Below, one piece after another: positions 57,628 to 64,000 of a DNA stretch of 64,000 nucleotides; positions within the stretch are counted from its first letter, which is position 1, and the number at the start of each line of letters is the position of its first letter. The stretch is taken from the NCBI RefSeq assembly GCF_024223415.1, contig NZ_CP100500.1; one strand, written 5' to 3'. Both the position numbers and the translations under genes were made by a program. The notes below the pieces were generated by a model, which made no database searches, was not told the DNA's origin, and saw only the letters and a program-made list of their open reading frames with translations. This stretch comes from Escherichia coli. Its GTDB lineage: Bacteria; Pseudomonadota; Gammaproteobacteria; Enterobacterales; Enterobacteriaceae.

Positions 57628-58137
57628 GTGGCTACGCAGACTGAAGTTGCCAGGCATTTGAGTCTGACCGATCGCCAGCTTCGCAGACTGCAGAAATTGC
57701 CGGGTGCCCCGATATCGAATAAGCGAGGGCAACTGGATCTGGATGCCTGGCGTGATTTTTACATATCGTATCTGAGAAGAAGTAAAAACGATGTGCCTGA
57801 TGGCGATAGCGAAGACGACTATGAGGAGAAATTGCTTATTGCCAGATGGGAACTGACAGCAGAACAGGCTGTTACACAGCAGTTAAAAAATGAGGTGTCA
57901 AAAGGAAAACTTATTGACACCGGATTCTGTATTTTTGCCCTCAGCAAGCTGGCAATGGCGTTATCCAGTACGCTTGATTCCATCCCTTTATCCATGCAAC
58001 GACAGTTTCCTGATTTAACACCGCGCCATCTTGACCATCTGAAAACCCTTATTGCGAAGGGGGCAAATCAGTGTGCGCGGGCAGGGGATAAATTACCGGA
58101 TTTACTCGATGAATATATCAGAGCAACAACTGAATAA
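57628..58137 (+). CDS. nu1: terminase small subunit (lambda Nu1-like), GTG start
   Basis: The C-terminal region TGFCIFALSKLAMALSSTLDSIPLSMQRQFPDLTPRHLDHLKTLIAKG...LPDLLDEYI parallels lambda Nu1 (AFCTFVLSRIAGEIASILDGLPLSVQRRFPELENRHVDFLKRDI). Confidence 0.8.
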   Translation: MATQTEVARHLSLTDRQLRRLQKLPGAPISNKRGQLDLDAWRDFYISYLRRSKNDVPDGDSEDDYEEKLLIARWELTAEQAVTQQLKNEVSKGKLIDTGFCIFALSKLAMALSSTLDSIPLSMQRQFPDLTPRHLDHLKTLIAKGANQCARAGDKLPDLLDEYIRATTE

Positions 58138-60037
58138 TATGATGAGTGCTGTCACAACAGCATTACAGCCCCTGATAAGGGCATTGCCGGTGACGGCAGT
58201 TGAATGGGCTGATCAAAATTATTATCTGCCTAAAGAATCTTCATATGGTGAGGGAGAATGGAAAACGCTGCCGTTCCAGATCGCCATCATGAACTGTATG
58301 GGCAACGATCTGATTCGCACTGTTAACCTGATTAAATCTGCCCGTGTTGGTTATACAAAGATGTTGCTGGGGGTGGTCGGGTATTTTATTGAGCATAAAT
58401 CCCGAAACAGTCTGCTTTTTCAGCCCACGGATTCTGCCGCTGAAGATTTTATGAAGTCTCACGTGGAGACGACGATTAGGGACGTGCCATGCCTGAAAGA
58501 CCTTTCCCCATGGCTGGGTCGTAAACATCGTGATAATACCCTCACGCTGAAACGCTTTTCATCGGGCGTCGGTTTCTGGTGCCTGGGCGGCGCTGCCGCC
58601 AAAAACTACCGTGAAAAATCCGTGGACGTGGTCTGCTATGACGAACTCTCATCGTTTGAACCTGATGTTGAAAAAGAGGGCTCGCCAACCCTGCTGGGGG
58701 ATAAGCGTATTGAGGGCTCTGTATGGCCAAAATCCATTCGCGGCTCGACGCCTAAAATCAAAGGCTCCTGCCAGATCGAAAAAGCCGCTAACGAGTCGGC
58801 ACATTTCATGCGTTTTTATGTGCCCTGTCCGCACTGTGGGGAGGAGCAGTATCTGAAATTTGGTGATGATGCCTCGGCTTTCGGTCTTAAGTGGGAGAAG
58901 AATAAGCCAGAAAGTGTTTTCTACCTTTGTGAGCATCATGGCTGTGTGATCCATCAGTCTGAGCTTGACCAGAGTAACGGGCGGTGGATCTGTGAAAACA
59001 CGGGGATGTGGACCCGTGACGGTCTGACGTTTTTCAGCGCCCGGGGTGATGAAATTCCGCCGCCGCGCTCCATCACTTTCCATATCTGGACGGCGTACAG
59101 TCCGTTCACCACCTGGGTACAGATAGTCTATGACTGGCTGGATGCACTGAAAGATCCCAACGGCCTGAAAACCTTTGTGAACACCACGCTGGGCGAGACC
59201 TGGGAAGAGGCCGTGGGCGAAAAACTCGATCACCAGGTACTGATGGATAAGGTTGTGCGTTACACGGCGGCGGTGCCTGCCCGGGTGGTTTATCTGACGG
59301 CGGGCATTGACTCGCAGCGAAACCGTTTTGAGATGTATGTCTGGGGATGGGCTCCGGGAGAGGAAGCCTTTCTGGTGGATAAAATCATCATTATGGGACG
59401 TCCCGATGAGGAAGAGACGCTGTTACGTGTGGATGCGGCGATCAACAAAAAATACTGCCATGCAGACGGAACCGAAATGACCATTTCCCGTGTCTGCTGG
59501 GACATCGGGGGGATCGATGGCGAAATCGTTTATCAGAGGTCAAAAAAACACGGTGTTTTCCGGGTGCTGCCGGTAAAAGGCGCATCTGTCTATGGCAAGC
59601 CGGTGATCACCATGCCAAAAACCCGCAATCAGCGGGGCGTGTATCTGTGTGAAGTGGGGACGGACACCGCAAAAGAAATTCTCTATGCCCGTATGAAAGC
59701 CGCTCCCACGCCTGCGGATGAATCCACGTCGTATGCCATCCGTTTTCCTGATGATCCGGAGATTTTTTCGCAGACAGAGGCGCAGCAACTGGTCGCGGAA
59801 GAGCTTGTGGAGAAGTGGGAAAAAGGAAAGATGCGTCTGCTGTGGGATAACAAAAAGCGGCGTAACGAAGCGCTGGACTGCCTGGTGTATGCCTACGCGG
59901 CATTACGTGTGTCCGTGCAACGCTGGCAGCTTGATCTGGCTGTACTGGCAAAATCCCGGGAAGAAGAGACGACCCGGCCAACCCTTAAAGAACTGGCAGC
60001 GAAGCTGTCCGGAGGAGTGAATGGTTACAGTCGCTGA
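58109..60037 (+). CDS. A: terminase large subunit (lambda gpA-like), 642 aa
   Basis: Product is MNISEQQLNNMMSAVTTALQPLIRALPVTAVEWADQNYYLPKESSYGEGEWKTLPFQIAIMNCMG...RIEGSVWPKSIRGSTPKIKGSCQIE...HFMRFYVPCPHCGEEQYLKFGD..., near-collinear with lambda gpA. Confidence 0.9.
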   Translation: MNISEQQLNNMMSAVTTALQPLIRALPVTAVEWADQNYYLPKESSYGEGEWKTLPFQIAIMNCMGNDLIRTVNLIKSARVGYTKMLLGVVGYFIEHKSRNSLLFQPTDSAAEDFMKSHVETTIRDVPCLKDLSPWLGRKHRDNTLTLKRFSSGVGFWCLGGAAAKNYREKSVDVVCYDELSSFEPDVEKEGSPTLLGDKRIEGSVWPKSIRGSTPKIKGSCQIEKAANESAHFMRFYVPCPHCGEEQYLKFGDDASAFGLKWEKNKPESVFYLCEHHGCVIHQSELDQSNGRWICENTGMWTRDGLTFFSARGDEIPPPRSITFHIWTAYSPFTTWVQIVYDWLDALKDPNGLKTFVNTTLGETWEEAVGEKLDHQVLMDKVVRYTAAVPARVVYLTAGIDSQRNRFEMYVWGWAPGEEAFLVDKIIIMGRPDEEETLLRVDAAINKKYCHADGTEMTISRVCWDIGGIDGEIVYQRSKKHGVFRVLPVKGASVYGKPVITMPKTRNQRGVYLCEVGTDTAKEILYARMKAAPTPADESTSYAIRFPDDPEIFSQTEAQQLVAEELVEKWEKGKMRLLWDNKKRRNEALDCLVYAYAALRVSVQRWQLDLAVLAKSREEETTRPTLKELAAKLSGGVNGYSR

Positions 60038-60227
60038 ACTGCAGGCGCTGCGTCAGGCGCGCCTTGATTTATTAACCGGTAAACGGGTGGTGTCTGTCCA
60101 GAAAGATGGTCGCAGAATTGAATATACGGCGGCTTCTCTGGATGAGCTTAACCGGGCGATCAATGATGCGGAGTCGGTACTGGGGACAACCCGACGTCGC
60201 CGTCGTCCGCTGGGAGTGAGGTTATGA
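60021..60227 (+). CDS. W: head-tail joining protein gpW-like (68 aa)
   Basis: Product is MVTVAELQALRQARLDLLTGKRVVSVQKDGRRIEYTAASLDELNRAINDAE... It matches the lambda W pattern [23 protein letters not shown]. Confidence 0.8.
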   Translation: MVTVAELQALRQARLDLLTGKRVVSVQKDGRRIEYTAASLDELNRAINDAESVLGTTRRRRRPLGVRL

Positions 60228-61816
60228 AAAGAACGCCTGTCCTGATTGATGTGAACGGCGTTCCGCTTCGTGAGAGTCTCAGCTACAACGGGGGCGGCGC
60301 AGGATTTGGCGGGCAAATGGCGGAGTGGTTGCCACCGGCGCAGAGTGTCGATGCGGCCCTGCTGCCCGCGTTGCGTCTGGGGAATGCCCGGGCAGATGAT
60401 CTGGTGCGCAATAACGGAATAGCGGCTAATGCGGTGGCCCTGCATAAGGATCACATAGTCGGGCATATGTTTCTGATCAGCTACCGTCCGAACTGGCGCT
60501 GGCTGGGGATGCGGGAGACCGCAGCAAAAAGCTTTGTCGATGAGGTGGAGGCGGCCTGGTCGGAATACGCCGAAGGGATGTCTGGCGAGATCGACGTGGA
60601 AGGAAAACGCACGTTCACGGAATTTATCCGGGAAGGCGTGGGCGTTCATGCGTTTAACGGCGAAATCTTTGTGCAGCCGGTCTGGGATGCGGAGACTACG
60701 CAGCTGTTTCGTACGCGTTTTAAAGCCGTGAGTCCGAAACGGGTGGACACGCCAGGATACGGTTTGGGGAACCGCTTTCTGCGGGCCGGGGTGGAGGTCG
60801 ATCGGCATGGACGGGCCGTTGCGTACCATATCTGTGAGGATGATTTTCCGCTCTCTGGTAGTGGACGATGGGAACGGATCCCGCGTGAACTTCCCACCGG
60901 GCGTCCGGCCATGCTGCATATTTTCGAGCCGGTTGAGGACGGGCAGACCCGTGGGGCTAATCAGTTTTACAGCGTCATGGAACGGCTGAAAATGCTCGAT
61001 TCCCTGCAGGCAACACAGCTTCAGTCAGCCATAGTGAAGGCGATGTATGCAGCGACGATTGAAAGTGAACTTGATACCGAAAAGGCCTTTGAATATATCG
61101 CCGGTGCGCCGGAGGGGCAGAAGGATAATCCGCTTATTAATATTCTGGAGAAGTTCTCCAGCTGGTATGACACGAATAACGTGACACTGGGCGGTGTCAA
61201 AATTCCGCACCTTTTCCCCGGTGATGATCTGAAACTACAGACTGCGCAGGATTCAGACAATGGATTTTCTGCGCTTGAACAGGCGCTGCTGCGGTATATC
61301 GCCGCCGGTCTTGGCGTTTCCTACGAACAGTTGTCCCGTGATTACTCGAAGGTCAGCTATTCAAGTGCCCGCGCCTCCGCCAATGAGTCGTGGCGCTATT
61401 TTATGGGGCGGCGAAAATTTATTGCGGCCCGGCTGGCCACGCAGATGTTTTCCTGCTGGCTGGAAGAGGCTCTTCTGCGGGGGATTATTCGTCCGCCACG
61501 GGCGCGTTTTGATTTTTATCAGGCGCGTTCATCCTGGTCACGGGCAGAGTGGATTGGAGCCGGAAGAATGGCCATTGACGGGCTCAAGGAGGTCCAGGAA
61601 TCGGTGATGCGCATTGAGGCCGGACTGAGCACGTATGAGAAAGAGCTGGCGCTGATGGGTGAGGATTATCAGGACATTTTCCGCCAGCAGGTCAGGGAAT
61701 CTGCAGAGCGGGAAAAAGCCGGACTCTCACGTCCGGTGTGGATAGCGCAGGCGTATCAGCAGCAGATAGCGGCGAGTCGCAGGCCGGAAGAGGAGACAAC
61801 ACCACGTGAGACGTAA
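60224..61816 (+). CDS. B: portal protein (lambda gpB-like), 530 aa
   Basis: Its position after W, its size and collinearity with lambda B support the call. Confidence 0.8.
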   Translation: MKRTPVLIDVNGVPLRESLSYNGGGAGFGGQMAEWLPPAQSVDAALLPALRLGNARADDLVRNNGIAANAVALHKDHIVGHMFLISYRPNWRWLGMRETAAKSFVDEVEAAWSEYAEGMSGEIDVEGKRTFTEFIREGVGVHAFNGEIFVQPVWDAETTQLFRTRFKAVSPKRVDTPGYGLGNRFLRAGVEVDRHGRAVAYHICEDDFPLSGSGRWERIPRELPTGRPAMLHIFEPVEDGQTRGANQFYSVMERLKMLDSLQATQLQSAIVKAMYAATIESELDTEKAFEYIAGAPEGQKDNPLINILEKFSSWYDTNNVTLGGVKIPHLFPGDDLKLQTAQDSDNGFSALEQALLRYIAAGLGVSYEQLSRDYSKVSYSSARASANESWRYFMGRRKFIAARLATQMFSCWLEEALLRGIIRPPRARFDFYQARSSWSRAEWIGAGRMAIDGLKEVQESVMRIEAGLSTYEKELALMGEDYQDIFRQQVRESAEREKAGLSRPVWIAQAYQQQIAASRRPEEETTPRET

Positions 61817-63311
61817 TCTTTCACACATTATTGCCGCAGCATTCAATGAACCGCTGCTTCTGGAGCCCGCCTATGCGCGGGTTTTCTTTTGCGCGCTCGG
61901 GCGCGAGATGGGGGCAGCAAGTCTTTCGGTACCACAACAGCAGGTACAGCTTGATGCTCCCGGAATGCTGGCTGAAACGGACGAGTACATGGCCGGAGGT
62001 AAACGACCGGCCCGTGTTTACCGGGTGGTGAACGGTATTGCTGTACTGCCGGTGACCGGCATGCTGGTGCACCGGCTGGGTGGTATGCGGCCATTTTCCG
62101 GAATGACAGGCTATGACGGCATTGTCGCCTGTCTTCAGCAGGCAATGGCGGACACCGCTGTCCGGGGCGTACTGCTGGACATTGACAGTCCGGGCGGGCA
62201 GGTCGCAGGCGCGTTTGACTGCGCTGACATGATTTACCGCCTCCGTCAGCAGAAGCCGGTCTGGGCACTGTGCAATGACACGGCCTGTTCTGCAGCCATG
62301 CTGCTGGCGTCGGCCTGCTCCCGACGGCTGGTTACCCAGACATCCCGTATCGGCTCCATTGGCGTGATGATGAGCCATCTCAGCTATGCCGGTCATCTGG
62401 CGCAGGCCGGTGTGGATATCACGCTGATTTATGCCGGGGCGCACAAGGTGGATGGCAATCAGTTTGAAGCCTTACCGGAAGAGGTGCGTCAGGACATGCA
62501 GCAGCGCATTGATGCGGCACACCGGATGTTTGCCGAAAAAGTGGCGATGTATACCGGGCTGTCTGTGGATGTGGTCACGGGAACAGAGGCCGCCGTTTTT
62601 GAAGGTCAGTCCGGCATTGAGGCCGGGCTGGCGGATGAATTAGTCAATGCGTCGGATGCCATCAGTGTGATGACCACGGCGCTGTACACACATGATACAG
62701 GAGGCACTATGCCGCAATTAACTGCAACGGAAGCCGCCGCGCAGGAGAACCAGCGAGTGATGGGGATCCTGACGAGTAAGGAAGCGAAAGGACGTGAACA
62801 GCTTGCCACGATGCTGGCGGGACAACAGGGCATGAGCGTTGAACAGGCCCGGGAGATCCTGGCCGCGGCGGCACCACAGCAGCCGGTGGCATCCGCGCAG
62901 AGTGAAGCCGATCGCATTATGGCGTGTGAAGAGGCGAAAGGTCGTGAACAACTGGCGGCAACGCTGGCGGCGATGCCGGAGATGACGGTGGAAAAAGCCC
63001 GCCCGATCCTGGCAGCTTCACCGCAGGCGGATGCCGGACCATCACTCCGTGATCAGATCATGGCCCTGGATGAGGCAAAAGGGGCTGAGGCGCAGGCTGA
63101 ACAGCTGGCTGCCTGCCCGGGAATGACCGTGGAGAACGCCCGGGCTGTGCTGGCTGCGGGATCAGGTAAGGCAGAACCGGTCTCTGCATCCACAACCGCC
63201 ATGTTTGAACATTTCATGGCGAACCATTCACCGGCAGCGGTACAGGGTGGCGTGCCACAGACGTCAGCAGACGGTGATGCGGACGTGAAAATGCTCATGG
63301 CCATGCCATGA
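61806..63311 (+). CDS. C: head maturation protease / scaffold (lambda gpC-Nu3-like, S49/ClpP-like peptidase) with triplicated C-terminal motif
   Basis: NEPLLLEPAYARVFFCALG matches lambda C NEPLMLEPAYARVFFCALA. The S49 core is GIAVLPVTGMLVHR...VWALCNDTACSAAMLLASACSRRLVTQTSRIGSIGVMM. The C-terminus carries three copies of an EAKG(R)EQLA...GMTVE.AR.ILAA module. Confidence 0.85.
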   Translation: MRRNLSHIIAAAFNEPLLLEPAYARVFFCALGREMGAASLSVPQQQVQLDAPGMLAETDEYMAGGKRPARVYRVVNGIAVLPVTGMLVHRLGGMRPFSGMTGYDGIVACLQQAMADTAVRGVLLDIDSPGGQVAGAFDCADMIYRLRQQKPVWALCNDTACSAAMLLASACSRRLVTQTSRIGSIGVMMSHLSYAGHLAQAGVDITLIYAGAHKVDGNQFEALPEEVRQDMQQRIDAAHRMFAEKVAMYTGLSVDVVTGTEAAVFEGQSGIEAGLADELVNASDAISVMTTALYTHDTGGTMPQLTATEAAAQENQRVMGILTSKEAKGREQLATMLAGQQGMSVEQAREILAAAAPQQPVASAQSEADRIMACEEAKGREQLAATLAAMPEMTVEKARPILAASPQADAGPSLRDQIMALDEAKGAEAQAEQLAACPGMTVENARAVLAAGSGKAEPVSASTTAMFEHFMANHSPAAVQGGVPQTSADGDADVKMLMAMP

Positions 63312-63347
63312 AGCCAGTGCTGACCATCAATAGGAGGTTTTTACAAT

Positions 63348-63695
63348 ATGGTAACGAAAACCATCACTGAACAGCGTGCGGAAGTACGTATTTTTGCCGG
63401 TAATGATCCGGCTCATACCGCCACAGGCAGCAGCGGGATTTCCTCGCCAACACCGGCACTGACGCCCCTGATGCTGGATGAAGCCACCGGGAAACTGGTG
63501 GTCTGGGACGGACAGAAAGCCGGTAGTGCGGTTGGCATACTGGTACTGCCGCTTGAAGGCACAGAGACGGTGCTGACGTATTACAAGTCGGGAACCTTTG
63601 CGACGGAGGCAATCCGCTGGCCTGACAGTGTGGATGAACACAAAAAGGCCAACGCCTTTGCCGGTAGTGCCCTGAGTCACGCGGCGCTGCCGTAA
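63348..63695 (+). CDS. D: head decoration protein (lambda gpD-like), 115 aa
   Basis: GNDPAHTATGSSG...MTPLMLD...KLVVWDG...AVGIL...YYKSGTF matches lambda D (GNSDPAHTATAPGG...MTPLMLD...KLVAWDG..AVGIL..FYKSGTF). Confidence 0.85.
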   Translation: MVTKTITEQRAEVRIFAGNDPAHTATGSSGISSPTPALTPLMLDEATGKLVVWDGQKAGSAVGILVLPLEGTETVLTYYKSGTFATEAIRWPDSVDEHKKANAFAGSALSHAALP

Positions 63696-63752
63696 CACGT
63701 TATCAGGCCACCGCGGTGGCCTGACTGATTTCTGAATGAAAGGAACTGATTT

Positions 63753-64000
63753 ATGGGATTGTTTACGACCCGCCAGTTACTCGGTTATACCGAACAAAAA
63801 GTGAAATTTCGTGCGCTGTTTCTGGAGCTGTTTTTCCGTCGTACGGTGAATTTCCATACCGAAGAGGTGATGCTGGACAAAATTACCGGAAAAACGCCGG
63901 TGGCGGCCTATGTCTCCCCGGTTGTTGAAGGAAAAGTGCTGCGTCATCGTGGTGGTGAAACCCGCGTGTTGCGTCCGGGCTACGTCAAGCCGAAACACGA
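63753..64000 (+). CDS. E: major capsid protein (lambda gpE-like), N-terminal part; continues beyond window
   Basis: Product is MGLFTTRQLLGYTEQKVKFRALFLELFFRRTVNFHTEEVMLDKITGKTPVAAYVSPVVEGKVLRHRGGETRVLRPGYVKPKH, matching lambda E (YTTAQLLAANEQKFKFDPLFLRLFF...YVSPIVSGEVIRSRGGSTSEFTPGYVKPKH). Confidence 0.85.
   Translation, partial: MGLFTTRQLLGYTEQKVKFRALFLELFFRRTVNFHTEEVMLDKITGKTPVAAYVSPVVEGKVLRHRGGETRVLRPGYVKPKH

Larger units (their letters stand above)
36650..64000. mobile_element. lambdoid prophage integrated in yecE (attL side at about 36.65-36.68 kb; prophage continues beyond window end)
   Basis: Gene order is collinear with lambdoid phages: int-xis, cI/cro, O-like, DnaC-like, DnaB-like, Q, tRNAs, holin, SAR endolysin, Rz/Rz1, Nu1, A, W, B, C, D, E. 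Confidence 0.9.

Overview
The window holds two distinct regions. Positions 1-36.6 kb are a syntenic E. coli-type core-chromosome segment, reverse-complemented relative to the K-12 map. It contains ftnA' - yecR - azuC - yecJ - ftnB, araFGH, otsBA, uspC, the flagellar master operon flhDC and the motAB-cheAW, tar-tap-cheRBYZ and flhBAE operons. After these come yecT, argS, yecM, cutC, torYZ, cmoBA, yecN and yecE. All are recognised from their translated products. The core has two notable lesions or variants. The first is a 1-bp deletion in a G-run of flhC that frameshifts the gene after codon 23 and terminates it at a TAA after codon 34, so the strain is predicted to be non-flagellated. The second is that no IS element is inserted in the flhDC regulatory region. 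From about 36.65 kb to the window end there is a lambdoid prophage inserted into the 5' end of yecE. It reads integrase-excisionase, an accessory early-left cassette, cI/cro, then a KilA-N antirepressor-like gene, Lar, O-like iteron-bearing initiator, DnaC-like loader and DnaB-like helicase. These are followed by a DUF968 protein, a Q antiterminator and an nmpC-like porin gene carrying a nonsense codon at the signal-peptide junction. Next come one intact tRNA(CAU) plus two tRNA-length degenerate units, then an S21-type pinholin, SAR endolysin and Rz/Rz1 lysis cassette. After late-region morons (a TonB-C-like lipoprotein and a small secreted Cys-rich protein) come lambda-like Nu1, A, W, B, C, D and E' packaging and head genes. 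The prophage continues beyond the window. The most interesting uncharacterised content is the minus-strand cassette between xis and cI (38.3-42.3 kb). It occupies the rexAB/sieB-equivalent position that is a known hotspot for phage-encoded defence or exclusion systems. It encodes an HTH protein whose N-terminal region is paralogous to the C-terminal region of an adjacent small protein, a translationally coupled 67-aa/193-aa pair and a 35-aa hydrophobic peptide. It also encodes a small two-TM protein coupled to an SPFH/band-7 lipoprotein and two further unknown proteins. No CRISPR array, no IS element and no stx genes were seen.
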